Source of the DNA: Phoronis australis
Lineage: Eukaryota; Animalia; Phoronida
Direction: 5' to 3'
Length of the DNA stretch: 64,000 nucleotides
Assembly (NCBI GenBank): GCA_002633005.1
Contig: NMRA01000342.1
Coordinates: 54,033 to 118,032 of the forward strand
The notes under the pieces are model-generated. The model was given only the letters and a program-made list of their open reading frames with translations, had not been told where the DNA came from and made no database searches. Positions 12,824 through 27,184 of the stretch are shown one piece after another. The translations under genes and the position numbers were made by a program. Positions within the stretch are counted from its first letter, which is position 1; each line of letters starts with the position of its first letter.

Positions 12824-14569
12824 AAGAATGCCACCCAAAAAATCCTCTTTTGTATCAATTAAGATCGAGTAGGTCTACTCGTTAACGGCACGTTCGGTTG
12901 CGTTACCTGACACCTGACGGCAGACAGAGATCAGTGTTGAAATTATCCAATGATGTAATTGGTTTCACGCGCAGTCTGTTCATCAGTTCACAACAAGGGT
13001 TACTGGTGTCAGCTTATCGCTTAAATTCACCGTTTCACACCAATAAACCATCAAACTTCGATATAAAACTCTTAAAAACACACCGAGTTCTTTTAAAAAC
13101 TTGTTTTATTTCGCTGTTACGGATTTATTGGTATTTGGACACACCGTAGCCGACAAAGTTCGGAAGGCCAATTTACCAAGATCTGTAACAGGAGCTTGGG
13201 ATCTATTCGGAGATAAATTCGAAGTATTCTTCCGTGAAATACAGACAGGAGAACCAAGATCTGTGTTGTTTAGACTTGTGATTTTTTGAGTGCTAAACGT
13301 ACAGAATGCTTATCCCAGCAAGTGGCTCAGAACCCGATCAGGCCCGTCGCGGCCGCCAGGACTGGCACGAACATAAACCAGCTTGAGTTGGAAACTAAAC
13401 CTCCAGACTATAAAAGTGAGATGAAGAAATAATGTTCATGTAATTATTTACGTGAAGTAGTCACGAAACTGAAAATCTACTTATTGCCGGGGGCCGCGAA
13501 GTCGGGTTCCCCTTCCACAGACCGTCAGGGCAAAGGTTGTATAGTAACAATGTTTTGAAAAGCAATGGCGGGTTTAGAGGGGGCCAAGGGGGCCATGCCC
13601 CCCCACCCCCTAGAATTCTCCAAGATTTCATTGGGCAGTTCAGGAGTGCCANCGATGAATAATGTATATTTGTATTCTAAATAAAGATTCCCGTAACATG
13701 TGACCATAGCATATAAAATCGAGTAATTGTTTCAAAACAGCTTTCTGTCAGCAAACACTGAATTAGCATGCGCTCACACGGCCTCGGTACCCGGTCAATT
13801 ACCTTTATTGCCGGCATCAAGAGCCGGTAACGCAGTGGCCATTGCTGGCTTCTCAACATTTGCACTGACTCATGAATACTGCAAAGGCATTACAAATTTT
13901 ATATAATGAGACAGACTTGGTTTCAGTTTTATGTAATCATTGGTTCGGATGAGAATAATTTATTTTGAAACAGAACGCAGAATAATAATGTCTACATGGC
14001 AACTCGCCCGGCGCCAATCACGACTTAGTCACGAGCTCATCCGTTGAAGACTTCACGGGTCGGATCGTTAGGTTTCACAAGCTATCAGCTCGAACCGGAA
14101 TAGACTGATCACGAAATACTAGAGAGGCGCCGTGAACATGCACAGGCAACGGAACGTATGCGTAGTTCTTTGGTAAGCTGGAATTCGTCAGTGAAATCAT
14201 TGTCGACAAAAGCCGGCCACAGACACGAAGATGTTTCACGGCCTCGTACTTGCTACTATATAGCGTACCTTTCATTCTTCACTACGGCGAGCCACTTCCT
14301 TAGCATTTCGGGCTCTCGAGGAAGTCGAAAAAACGATATACCCGCTTTCTTCGCAGCTTCATAGTTCGGACAAGCGGGAACGATGCACTGCAACATAGCG
14401 GCATTCACTCTGCCGACGAGCCACTGAAGTCGCTGCGTCGTTTTTCACCTTCCTCGCAGGTTATAACGCGACACCTCTCGACAAGGTGAGGTCGACCGTA
14501 TCAGCGGCGATGTGGATACAGACCGATTAAGACGGTAAAAAGACTAATTAAATCGGGTGGCATTCTCTT
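12824..14569 (-). mobile_element. Kolobok-like non-autonomous DNA transposon with a THAP remnant
   Basis: Inverted termini AGAATGCCACCC...GGGTGGCATTCT, flanked by GTAA/TTAA. Internal THAP pseudo-ORF. TTAA target, purine-purine termini and THAP fit Kolobok. Confidence 0.75.
14150..14396 (-). pseudogene. THAP zinc-finger pseudo-ORF inside the transposon
   Basis: MLQCIVPACPN...GISFFRLPREPEMLRKWLAVVKNE, then frameshifted KHLRVCGR..VDNDF: C2CH THAP signature. Confidence 0.85.
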
Positions 14570-14573
14570 TTAA

Positions 14574-15080
14574 TTTTCCTCGGTATTTTTTGTTTTTTTT
14601 TACACCGGAGTTTCTGATTGGCTAGTCGAATTCTCAACAGGCAGCGCTTTCCGCAACCAAGCTGGCATGACTGATGGACTGAAGTGTTCTGTTGTACAGA
14701 CAAATAGGTGCTTAAAACTTGTGTTCAGGAAATGTGAAGACCAGAAATTGTGATTGCGCCTTTTCGGAATGCATATTGTCGATGACTTTTGTTTACGATA
14801 GTATCCTGTATTCATACAGTATGAATAACACACCAGATATATAACCGGCCAGATATGTATTTATTGTACATGTATGTGCTTCAAACACGCGGCTATTAAA
14901 CATCACTGACTGCAGAAACGAAATAGTTGCTGCCACTTGCATGACAAGGTTAAAAAATCGTTCACAGTCCGCAAAGTTTTCGGGCTGTTGTAAAGCTAAC
15001 CAATGACTGCCGAGATTCATGATATCGACCAATGCTAACGCACGTGCCACTCCGTGATACCTGCGCATTACGGCATTTTC
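14574..15080 (+). repeat. Dispersed repeat homologous to about 53108-53885
   Basis: Shared TTTCTGATTGGCT.GTCGAATTCTCAACAGG and CCAATGACTGCCGAG blocks. Confidence 0.75.
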
Positions 15081-15086
15081 CCGTTG

Positions 15087-15999
15087 CATAGGCGGATTTA
15101 GGGAGGCCCAAGCCCCCCCCCCTTGGCTGCCGCAAAAAATAAAACAGCAAGTTGAGTTTATTAATTAACCCCGGTAATTAAGATTACACCGATGAAACAA
15201 GATTTAAATGTGTGCAGATTTATTTTAGGGGGTGCTCAGATCCAATTTCAAGTGTCAAATTCGGAACACGGCGCATTCGTAACGGAATTATGGCCAAGTA
15301 TAGGCTCTCCCGCGATAACCCAGGCGACCGACAGAAGCGCTGCGCACTACGACTCCGTTTCCGTCGTCTGCTCCACTGTGCAATGAAGAAAATGTACTTC
15401 ATTTTTTAAAGAAAATGGAACCTGACTGACGATGAAAAAACAGAAGCTGCTGGTAAAATGTGAATTTTAATCGAAGCCTTAGCGAATCACTCAGAAACTC
15501 ACAATTCTCTCTTTGTCAAACCTTTTAAACTTAAGACGATTTCCAAAGCAATCCCGTCATTATTGCCAACACAAAAAACGGATTTGGTCTTTTGGGCATT
15601 TGAAGACTATTTCAAATAGGCCCACAACAAATTTGTTAAGAACCGATTGCACAAAATATAAAACGTGTAATAAGCATTACAAAAAGAAGTAGGTTTCGCG
15701 CGCAAACGCTGTGGACCTTAAACAAGTAGGTCTCTTAGTATATGATTACTAGTTAAATCGTGGTGGTGTACATGTAGTGGTAAAGCACGCGAGTTCTATC
15801 CGCCAGGTCGTGAGTTCTAGTATGTGGTACTTGCAGTTTTTCCTGTTTGACACGTTCTCCGTGTTTTTTTTTTTTTTTGCAAACCCCCTCCCGACCTCCC
15901 CCCATTCGGTGTTATACGCATCTACAATCGTGGTTTGCGTAAATGCTTACAGCCGGACAAAATGTTGCCCCCCCTTGTGATATCCTAGATCCGCCACTG
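15087..15999. mobile_element. CAGTGGCGGAT-terminus element with 5-bp TSD (hAT5-like)
   Basis: Termini CATAGGCGGATTTAGG...CCTAGATCCGCCACTG; TSD CGTTG/CGTTG. Confidence 0.7.
15760..15822 (+). mobile_element. Degenerate tRNA-derived SINE head
   Basis: gTGGTG[TACATG]TAGTGGtaaagcacgc...gtgAGTTCTAGT: A box interrupted by 6 nt, degenerate B box. Confidence 0.5.
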
Positions 16000-18900
16000 C
16001 GTTGCTCCCAACTTGTTCGATTCTATAGCCCAACAAGTTGGGAAGTTTACCCATGTAGCCAAGATCTTACACGACTGCTTAACTCCATTCTGGCATTTAT
16101 GGTTGGAGGGCCAGCTCTCTTTTGTTCGATGATTGTATCTATCCTGACTGTGCTGTGCTGTTAAAAATAAAAGTTATAACATACTTGAACATAAATCAAT
16201 GGTATTTCTGAAATCTTCGTCGAATGGTGATCATGTTTAGTTTTTGAATCGCCAAAATCGCCCAACTGCAACCGTAGTTACGACAATCTATTTTTTCCGA
16301 ATGTACCAATTTACTCTGGGTTGACTGTCGTCAGCAATAAGCCTGGTAGATAATTGGCCTGCATGTTGTCATAACAGACAAAAGTGTGTGCTTGGCAGTT
16401 AACAAAGAAGCTAGATGTTATCACACGCTCAGAACCCCCTACGTCTGGTGAAGTCACTGAACGGGAAAACGCTGTCACACGTGCTGGCAGGGCTAAGCAC
16501 GCAGGGAACTAGCGAGAACAGAATGCGTGCCGTTAGACCCATACGTTTTTTTGTCGACGAAAGTTTACGCCAAACAGAAAACCTCAGAATTCCTCGGCGT
16601 CAAAGATTTTCAGTATTTGGCTACCTCAGGTTTCGTTTGGTGACCTAGAATTTTTGCCAAATCCGTTTTATAGCTAATTGTCGAGTGATGGCTTTTACTT
16701 CTCAATAAATCCGGCACTCATGTCCAAACTCATCGAAAAATGGAACGAAAACATGCAAAGCACACCATGTCACAACCTTCTGTCCGTGCAATCAACAATG
16801 ATTGAATCGAAAAATACAGAAGGATTGGCCGTCATCGAAAGCATGGCAGTTCGAAAAAATTGAAGCCCGTTATTTGTGAATTACACAAAAGGAACGTTTC
16901 TTATGGTTTTATAAAGATGTTCAAACAAAAAAGCACACTAGCCAATTTTTGCCTATCTGAAATAATAACTCTACAAATGTATTTATACGATTCAGACAGT
17001 TCTGCATAGTGTCCCAAACATGTGCTCACAATTCAAATGGCACTAAATGCATAGTTTACCGAAACATTTTTGTTGGATTTGAATTAGATTTTGTCAGATT
17101 TTACTAGACGGTGACTTTACTCAGTTTGACCTATTTACATGTATGATAACCCAGATTGAAACTTCAGCGAGGCCCAAAAATAGCCGTCTGATCACCGTGC
17201 GTAGGAATTTTCATCGGTAAATCTTTTTTGTTTTCAGAGCAGTAAAACTGCTTTTTCAGGAGTGATGCCTTGAATTAATGATTTAGGTAACCCAAATGAT
17301 TGAGCCCAATAAAATTTGGCGTTGTACACGCGAATTTACTCCACCACCAGACTGCACACCAACCGTGAAATATGACTTCTGCCGTTGAATACGGATTCTA
17401 CCGCGGTATACGGATTGGCTCTACTTTCCCGTATATTACAGTTGAATACGTCATATATACAATGGCCATATTTTCATATACATGGGATAAGACATTTTTA
17501 TCTTCTCCCGCCATAGTCGCGTTTACCTTATACATTATGCCATGGTTTTGTCAAAGGCAATCTCTCACTGACTCATTGCAAACTATATGACGTAGCAAAA
17601 TCCAAACTTTTGATTGATTTATTTCTGCGAAACCTACATGTAGAACTCAGCAACATCGTTTTTGTCTGTGAAATGAGATGAAAGGAAGCGAGAAAGCGAT
17701 TGAAAAGTTGAAGAACTGGGTAATGCTAAAGCTAGCTATGAGAGCAATTCAAAATGAAAGATGAAAACGCCTCCCTGAAAGAATATGTTGAAGATGGTAG
17801 CGAAAATTACGGGTCTTCACAAGCCATAGGCTTACATGTAAATAATGCGTTCACTAACAAATGTGCGAATACTGAAGCCTAGTTGGAACCGGTTATATAT
17901 ATTGTCAACGTTCCAAACCTTATGATTGTTGTTTGTCAATAAACAACTTTTGATCGTTTTTTAAATTGTTCGACTTGTTTTTAGCAAAATTGCGGGCACC
18001 GGTCAGAAGAGCTAGGAAATGTTCAGTTACGGCGCTTTTGTTGACGTGTGGGTGCTTTTCAGTATCGTAATAGTTCATTTCAAGAGGCAGTCCATATAAA
18101 AACCAGTAGATTTGCAAAAATCAGTTGATACGCCTAACTCAAAACAACTTCATGTGGACATGGATAAGTATACAAAAGTCTAAATGAAAAATTTTGTGCA
18201 CTCAATGACCCCATGAGACCAAAAAATTAATTAGCACAATTGGGCATATTAGCCGTCTCCAAAAGTGTATGTTTTCAGCAGCAAAAATAAGTAACTTACA
18301 AAATATATCAAAAGGTACATGTATACTTAGGTGGCTGGAATAACTAACGTATACCGTGCATAATGCTGTGTCGTTTATTAAAATCTGACAGCTTTGCGCT
18401 AGACAGGGGAGATAATTCACAGACCATTTTCTGTCGCTAATTTTAGTGGCCGTTTTTGTGACCTTCTTACCGCCATATCGCCATATTGCTTCCTGCAGCC
18501 TTAAGTAACTTTTAGAACATACAGTTAAAGAGTTAATCTTGATGACCGAGCAATAAATAATCTTGCTTCAACTTTACACTTTAGTAAAAATTGTCGTTCT
18601 AAACTGTCTATTTAAGAAATGACGAGCAGAGTTTACCGACCACTTGAACAAAAAAATTGAGCAAGAATACTGCTTTAAATTGTTATAGAAATCAAGTCTA
18701 AGCTCTTTCAAATGAAAAAAAGATGTTTTCTGGTTGTACAGCATCACACGGTCAGTATCAAAACTGAACCTGACGACCTTTGCCCACTGAGTCAGTCAGT
18801 TGAGTTACCGGGTAAGTTAAATTTGAGGAAATATAAAAAGTTGTGCATGTAACGCTCTTCTTTAATTCCATTTCTTTGACATCATCAGGTTAATTTAAAC

Positions 18901-21900
18901 GCTCTGAAGGATTCTTACATGGAAATAAATGCCTTTGAAGTTTGAAAGAGTAGCAATTGATATTTTTAATGACTGGTTTTGAGAGTACCAAGTGCATTTT
19001 AAGGGGGGTGTATATACTGGTCAAATCTACAGGTTCCTATCTAAAATAAGAATAAAGGGGGGTTTTAACTACTTAAAAATGACTCTGAAAGTGACAAAAA
19101 TCGGAAAAAAAGCTTTTATTGTAGTTCGTTTTTTGATATCGTATTTTTTAATTTTCAAAAAATCCAATTTTACCTGAATTTTTTTCAAAATGTAAAGGGA
19201 TTATCATAAACTGTTTCCTCACGAAATATTCTACGTATCCGTGCCAAATATATGTACAAAATCATTATGATCTTGATTTTTTTGGCATTTTTGCGTGTAA
19301 GTTGTGTCGAGCACGCCACTGTCTGTCATTTGATCACTTTCAGTCTAATAACGAAAAATCTAGTCCATGTATGAAAAAACACTGGTACGCAAATTTTATT
19401 TTAGTTCTAAAGGATTTCAAATTTGCAAATTTCGTAAAAATTGACCTACGTGTTGCGGAAAAATCGGCCCGAGAATCTTGTCACAGCCCTGAAATCACGA
19501 GCCGAGAAAAACGGCTTTGAAGTTAAGCGAGCATCGATTGCCACTTGAGGTCAAAATTCGTTCAGAATGCGCGGTCATTTTGTTCCAGTTTTTGTTGATG
19601 TACTGGAAATAAAGCTGATATTTACTTCATGTTTAGAATATGTGACATAAATTGTACCTGTTTGTTTACAGAGTAGTTTTAATCATTTTTGCGAACATGT
19701 GAAGCACAACAGACCACCAAAACAAATATGGCTGTCACGTGGGCGGAGCTTAGCGTTGATCTATTGTCTGCTGCTCTGGTGTGCCGACAACACATCATTA
19801 AAACCATGCGTTCATCGTTTTTTCGACTCTTTCTCCACTCAGTGTGGTAAATCACCCTCTAACTATATTACATTTACCTATTTTTAGTATTCCAATACTT
19901 TATGTAGTGACCGTCTTTTCATCAACCAAAAAATGTGTTACATGTATATCAAATCGCCGCGTTACTGTCCACATAACAATATTGGCGACGGACGAACATA
20001 AAAAACTACTTTCATCGTAATGGTTCAACATTTTCACGTGCCTGTACCGCCAACATTTTGACCGAATGGACTTTGGGATAAGAAAATAGCACTTTCTGCG
20101 CAAATAGCGTCGCTTGGGTGAGATTCTCAAGTTTCTTATTTTGCTTTCCACTAAAATCGTATAATAATATCATGAGCTTTAATTCATATCAGGGATACAT
20201 GTACGTTTGAATCTATGCACTAGAACAATTTTGTTATGTTGAACACTGGGTCATTTCTCTAATTCTTTGGGCTGCGGCCAGCGGCAAAATCAAAAATCCT
20301 CTGAGTTTGGTCATACTAGCCACCATCAAACTTGTATGTTTTCATCAAAGAAAATAAGGAACTTCCACAATAGATTGAAAATTGTACTTTAGCGGCTGGA
20401 ATAACCAATGAATACTGTAAATAATTGTTTGACATTTACTGAAATTGGACTTCTTTGTGCCAGACAGTGAGATAATCCACAGACCACTTTTCCTACCTAA
20501 TGTTAGTGGTCGTTTACATGTATGTGACCCACTCGCTGCTATATTGCACCTTGTAGGTTTATGTAACTTTTTGAACGTACAGTTAAGCAATAAATACTGA
20601 TGACTGACCAAAAATATCTTGCCTGTCGAGTTTAGAGACAAAATGAACGAATTTTTGAACAAGAAATCTACTTTCAATGGTTATATGGATGTATTTGGCG
20701 ATCAGTATCACAACTGAAGCCGATGATCTTTGTCCAGTGAGTTAGTTGACATTAGGTTTGACGATATATAGAAATTTGTACATGTAACCATCTTGTTTTC
20801 TTCTATTATCATTTATTTGACAATTTCAGGTCCACTACATGAAATTGAAAATTGAAGTTTGAATTTGTAATAATAGTTATTTGGTTTTGAGGTTATCATG
20901 TTCTTAAAAACAAAATGAAGAACGAAGGCCATTTCTGCTCGTTTAGAGAATTTTCATCAACAAGGGCGATCATAAAACTTTGTGGCTTTAGTCAGTCGCT
21001 AAAGACACTTCAAAACATCTGAGATGCTGGAAAGTACCGAATAAATCAAGGCCAGTGGCAGAGTATGGGCTCGTGAGCCAGGCTAGATAAATTTGTGAGT
21101 GAGCAGGACCAGTCGTGGTGTCAAATCCTAGTGTTGTTCACCGAAGAGAGTTTTGTCCTTGTTTTCACTCAAACAGAAAGTATCTGTACCCTGAACACCC
21201 AAGATCTTGAAGAAGGAAGTCTGAACGATAGGAGTTATTAACTTCAACATTTCACGGTAGACATTGGCTCAGTTTGGACAGGCTCAGAATTGGTACAACG
21301 CGGAGCCTTTGACTTCAAGGGCCACAAAATCAATTGTGTCACAGTTGGAGTTAAATGACCCATCTTTGCTTTCCTACGGCTCGATATATACGTGTTTATA
21401 TATTTTATCGTAGTTAATCTTACTTTGTAGTTGGGATGCACCTCCTTGCCTCCGTCGACACATCACTACTGTAGGTGGCGCCTGCTCCCCCCATCACCGA
21501 TTGGTAGTTGTGAAATTTGTAAGCTCTCAGTTAACAGATGCCTGATGCAGCCTTTGGAAACGTGTGCCAGTTCCAATTTATGTACATAATTTTTGTAATA
21601 ACGAATAACCATCAGTGCGGTTTTGAGGCAATGGTTATTAGTAATGATGTCTGCTTTTTTTCTAAAATACATACACAAAACGTACCGAGAGTGGCGTACA
21701 TGAAGTAATATCCCACGAGACATTATTCCGCGTATCGACCGAGACCGAAGGTTGTATTTATCCCATGCGCTTCGAATTCCTAAGTTTCTCACATTTTTCG
21801 GCAGATTTTTTGAATACTTCACCTAGACTGTTCACATGGCGGATCGCATCCTATATGTATGTACTTGCGCGTTAGGTTGCAAGTTTTCTCTTGAAAAAGA

Positions 21901-23685
21901 AATAGTTTATTTCTTGAAAAGAGCTAGCAAAGATGAAAACAACGGCAACTGAGCAGTGAACTTGTAACATCTCCTGGAAATAGTTAAAAAACAAGTTTTG
22001 AGTTTAATTTCCTAGGAATCGGCGCCTGAGTTGCAGACGATATAGTAGGCCCTATTCAGCAATTGAAAACTGAGAGAAAGTGTCTTATAATTAACAATTT
22101 TGTTCCAGATTTTACGTTTAGGGCCTGGTTGCATGTCGAGCGTTAGTTACACTGTTGCAACTGTATTTCTTTAAACTATATTTGGAAAGTTTGATGATCG
22201 AACCGGCTGAAGATGTCGAGTTGACATTGACCTACCTGTTGAACTTTCCATGTCAGAGGTCGCTGTTGAAGTAGTGCGGGAAGTGAATACGGAAAACTTT
22301 ATTACATGGCCGTATTTCCCTCGACAGATTCAACGCGCGTGGAATCTAAGCTTTTGCGTTGTTTTAGCCAGCTTATTACATGTTTCAAGATGACCCCTAT
22401 TGGTGGTTAAGGGAACTGAGAACATGTAAATAGGACGAAGTGCAGTTGGCGTAATGCTTCGTAAGCAAAAACTACGGCAAGATTTTTTATTTTAGATTAT
22501 GAAGAGGTAAGGAACGACTAAGAAAATCATTATAAAGCTAGTATAAGATGGCTGCTACAGAGTGCCTAATTTGGCAGAAAATGGTTTCAATGAAAACTTG
22601 CAAAATAGCCATTTTTGCCACACAAAATCGAAACACACAAATTTCAAAATGAATTTTTAAAGCTATGCCATTAATTTATTTAGTCACGGTACTTTAAAAG
22701 TGTAACATTAATTTTTTCAGCTATCTATACGTGCTAGTAAAATGTATTCAAACGTATCCACTTTGGCGCCCACTTTTGTTGCAAAATGGAGGTACGTGTC
22801 ATAAAAAGAGAAATAATGGATGAAAATTCTTAAAATCGATATTTTTCTACATCTCACCAAACCAAACTCATGTGCTAAGCCTCAAAAAATTATTTGATTT
22901 GGGCTATAGACTCTACCTGTTGGTTTTTATATGGAGACACTCTTAACAACTGCTTTCGTAAAGCGGATTGGCCAGTCATATTCAATCAATGGCTTTACTT
23001 GATTTTCCATCAACACCAACGAAGCGCAATCTTAAACGCCCGACTTGCAAGACGCTACCACAAACAAGTGGAATATACAATGAATGCGTTATTCTTTTAA
23101 AGTTATGATTTTTTCGTTACTTTTTCGGCGCACGTGTGACGCTCATGCACCTGCGGCGCAGCATCAATCTTCAAACTCAGAAATTTAAGTAAAGGGTAGG
23201 GGGGACACTGGGACGACAGAATACAGGGACGGGCAAACGACGGGCCTACCCCATTTGCATCATGTGTATTTATTGTGATGGCAGAATTGTTCTTAAAAGG
23301 GCATTTTCGAAAATGGTTTTACCAGTGACTTCATGGTTTTCTGTTTAAAAACAGTAAGTACGTGGAAGGAAACGACTCTTTATGTCGATCAGGCTGCTTT
23401 CAAACGTGAGTGCTCTTTTTAAAAAAAACATATATCCTTGCGATCGTGTAATTACACCAGACTGGTGTAACACAGAATCACCGTGTTTTAGGAAGTCTGA
23501 CACAGTTATATCAGTCCAATGCGTGTGTGAAGGGTCAACAAATAGACACTTGACATCTCTTTGTATTTCTACCATGAATGCAACACAACTAAAACCAAGG
23601 TGATATGTAATATTAGCCTGCAGTTTTCAGCCGTATTTTTTATCTTGATAGAAATGTATCGAATCTTAAATTTTCCCGTCCCAGT

Positions 23686-23840
23686 TTACTCCAGGCGCCC
23701 AGCCTGGTCTTGTGAAAGTTGTTGCCGCTTTAGTAGGAATTCGGCGAGCTCTTCCTTCCTCCACGCCCTCTGCCCACGATTCAGAAAACTGTTGGCATCT
23801 TCTTCACTCAAAGACTGTCCATCTTCACTGACGTCATCAG
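23686..23840 (-). CDS. Gene A coding exon 2: (A)DDVSEDGQSLSEEDANSFLNRGQR|AWRKEELAEFLLKRQQLSQDQAGRLE*
   Basis: Pyrimidine tract plus CAG acceptor (ttctcttcgttgcattcag). Phase 1 joins exon 1 in frame, TAA at 23686-23688. Clearly homologous to the 40744-40910 exon. Confidence 0.85.
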
Positions 23841-24257
23841 CTGAATGCAACGAAGAGAATAGAAATGCATGTGACTGTTAAAAAAAGATTGTGTTTGAGC
23901 TGTGCGAGCAGCAAAAGACCTGTAGGTGGCGTGACAATATGAACTACAGTAAAGTAGTCCAAGACAGCTTGCGTTGATCAAGAATATTTTTATAAGAGTG
24001 ACGGTCTAAACGTTTTATTTTAAACTTCGTGGTCAAGTAGTGCGTCACTGGCTATGCTTCACTAGTCCATCATCAGGATTGAGAATGACCAACTTAAATC
24101 AATTACTCACAATCAAAGTTAGGCCCAAGAAGCAGATTGAAAGTTCAAAAGAACTCGGGAAATGCGACAATGCGCATGCGCATGTAAGTATCATGAAAAG
24201 GTCTGCAACTGTAACAGCAGAAAATCCAACAGCAAAACACACTCGAGTTGTACGTAC

Positions 24258-24315
24258 CTTTTACATACGCGATGAAAGCGACAATCAAGAAAACAGCCAG
24301 GCATATAAGCTTCAT
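24258..24315 (-). CDS. Secreted Gla-like peptide precursor gene A, coding exon 1 (signal peptide MKLICLAVFLIVAFIAYVK)
   Basis: ATG at 24315 in context caacATG. 58 nt = 19 codons + 1 nt, then donor GTACGT. Basic residue followed by a hydrophobic core. Same length and phase as exon 1 of paralogs B and C. Confidence 0.85.
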
Positions 24316-24734
24316 GTTGACGAATTGTTATGGCCACAGTATCGAACCATCTTCTGGATTAATTGTTCTCTCTTAAATACGATGCAAGTAGCCAATTTTC
24401 CCTAGGCTCAATTGTTTCAAATTTGCAACGATCTTTTTGTGCAAATAAGTAATTGTGTGATTATGCGTGAACTCTCCTTTTTGATAAGTAATTTTATTTA
24501 CAAAACAGGGAAACCTGTGTTAATTGCCATTAATAGCATAATTTATCGGGCTTCAAGTTTGCTCTGAGCATGCAAACAGTCTATTGAAATTCGGTTGCAC
24601 GTTATAAAACACTAACATATTGTTTACGTGCTATGTTGAAATTTGCTTTATTGCTAGATGGCCAATGAGCATATTTGGGTGTTCAGTGTCGAACCCAGGC
24701 TAATTTGAGTCTAATAGTGATTTAGAGTTCAGAT

Positions 24735-25505
24735 GGTATCTACCCCACCATCTTGTTGCGCCAACTAACAAACTTGTAAATTACAGAGTAGTATTTGATT
24801 GCTCAGCTAAGTGTGTCTGTCTGATGTACCGTGACAACTAATGACTGTAATGTATTACGCTTTTTGTGGTGGCCTAATGAGGATTTGTCTCAAGATCCGG
24901 TAGACTACCAGATGTTAGCCCAAATATTTGGAGAAACATCGTCTCCATGCACTTCCAGATATTGTGGCAAGCAAACTGTTGAGGATTTCGGAGGCGAACA
25001 TCATGATTTGACATAACAATTTCTAGGTCGACGTTTTGTTGAAATCTGTTGATTCAGAGTCCGGAGCTCTTCAACTAATAGAACAACTGGGTTATATAAA
25101 TGTCGAGAGCTGGGTTTCATTTCACTAGTAGTCACAATGTTCTTGTTAGCATTCCTGATTGTTCGAGGGCTCCGTCCGTTAAGGGTTTAAATCTTGATAA
25201 ATTGCCGATTGGTTATGCTTTTGGTGTTTAGTAGAATGTTGATAGCGACACATTTAGTTTTTGGGTTGTAGAGAACTCCTCCCTACGAGAAGAAGTATCT
25301 CGTCAATAGTAAGCTCTGTGTATGATCGTCTTGGTATAGCTTCCTCATCTATTTTGCCGGTAAACTGATTTCGCAGAAATTGTGCGTTGTGAAACTTGGA
25401 TGGGGTGAATTGATACCTGACGACATGGTGTGCCAGTGGAGAGGTAGGTTAGATTGTTTAACTAAGTTGAGTGTTATTGATATTCCCCACTGTTTTAAAA
25501 GAGGC
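24735..25505 (+). mobile_element. Older degenerate BEL/Pao RT-RNase H fragment
   Basis: RVVFDCSAK, LRFLWWP..DYQM..IFG.TSSP, SSVYDRLG, KLGW.E.IP..W, interrupted by stops and frameshifts. Confidence 0.85.
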
Positions 25506-26975
25506 CTGAACTACATGTTTCAGCATTTTAATATGAATTTTGAAAGTATAAAGGTTGGTTACTGGCATCCACATATTCCTAAAAGTGCACAGTATTTTTC
25601 TTTTTTACTTTGAAAAATAAAAACTTATTAGTTCCGTAAAGCCCCACTGCTAGAGTTGTTTTTCGTGACGTCACTGAGGCTGTCCAGTCGACAGATCAAA
25701 ATGTGCATACTCGCAACCTTTTTGTTTTTCTTTCCTGTTTCTTTGATTCATCCCAGGGCCTAGCCAGCCAGCCAGCTGTATGAACACTATCTTCAAAATA
25801 CAACTAGGTACCAGTAGCACTGTGTGTTGAGCTCCGTTAGACTTCGAAATTTCACATAGCCCGAGTAGATCTCCTCGTCACCTCATAGCGAAACTATCAA
25901 AATGTAGAGCTCTAAACCGGTAGGGGAGCGCGCAAATATCTGGGTGTCAACCAACACTCACCTTGCCAGCTGGAGCCATTTAAGAGAAAAACAATCTTGT
26001 AAGCGTTATTTTATTTCATAATTCTTCTGTAACAAAAAACAGTACGCTGAACACACGCTATTTCCTAAAACTTTGCGACATCTCTCGGGAAATGATGACA
26101 GCTTCGCAGGAGCAAATTTTTTTATGAAATTCGGTTACCTGGTATAAAAATACTAAAGACTTGTAGGGAAATGAAATCAGTTCTATTACTTTGTTGTGAC
26201 ATGTTAACCACTTCGAAGAACAGTTCGATCGCTTGGAGAAGAACAACTCGGGGAACGAAACTGGCCAATAAGGCAACAGGTGACCGTCGGCTCCGAAAGC
26301 CGACCTTATAGAGCGCACTCAAATTTCTTGGCAGCAGAGTGAACGACAGAACGCCAATTTTTTCAACACCAGTCAATAATTTATAGTTTACTCAAGGAAG
26401 AGTGCAATTTTTAATGACACTAATTTTGTGTCAGATTTTATTTGATCAGTTTTTACCCACGTCGGTGCAACGGCCGTTGTATATTTACTACACAGCTTGC
26501 ACCAAGGCAAGGCTACGCAGTCGGGGCCGATCCTGGCCCCTGCCGAGAACGGCATCGTTCCACTAATAGCCAACACTACACGGCAGTAAACTAATACTAT
26601 GAGCTTTTGAGAGCCAAGATCGCAGACGAATTATACACTGACATGAACCACAGTTCTGTAGCCAAAAGGTATCCCGACCCAATAAGCTTGATTTATGTTA
26701 TTGCCTTCACCCACGGTACAGTCTCAGTGACGTCAGACGCACGTTATCCAATAGAAATTAACATTGGAAAAACGCTTTTTTACAAAAATGTGAAAGAGTA
26801 ACAAAGTTGTGATTTCTGATATAGACTTTATTCACCAATTAAATTACATTAAAAATACATGTTATTGTACTACAGGAACATTTTAAGCCTATTTTATTTG
26901 ATGAGAGTTCAATTACATCACAACTATTAGTAAATAATAGTTGGTCTATTTATACCGACCTCTAGTCTGTATACA

Positions 26976-27025
26976 CTGTCACGACGTCTCGGTCGGTCTC
27001 TTCTCCGGCCATCGTCAGGTGTTCC
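26976..27025 (-). ncRNA. Minimal hammerhead-ribozyme-like motif of the PLE pseudo-LTR (degenerate)
   Basis: cac-CTGACGA-tggccgg-loop-ccgacc-GAGAC-GTC-gtg: CUGANGA core, stem II, GAAAC mutated to GAGAC, GUC cleavage triplet. Minimal hammerheads are an established feature of PLE pLTRs. Confidence 0.65.
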
Positions 27026-27068
27026 CGCGTTCTTAGAACAACGAGCACGGATAAGTGGTGTGATCTTT

Positions 27069-27151
27069 TGTGCGAGGCAGGATTTGAACCCACAATTTCT
27101 GAAATTACAGATAATTCGAGTCCAGCACCTCAACCACTACACCACGGAGTC
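27069..27151 (-). ncRNA. tRNA-derived sequence (Pol III A/B boxes) just 3' of the PLE ORF
   Basis: GACTCCGTGGTGTAGTGGTTGAGG...GGGTTCAAATCC. A box TGGTGTAGTGG, B box GGTTCAAATCC. Acceptor stem does not pair, so not a functional tRNA. Confidence 0.7.
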
Positions 27152-27184
27152 ATCCAATTATTTAGAGGGAATTTTATTATACTT

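Noticed and set aside
12898-13289. ORFs conserved between 9230-9630 and 12898-13289
   Set aside because: They are transposon subterminal sequence; the similarity reflects repeat copies, not coding selection.
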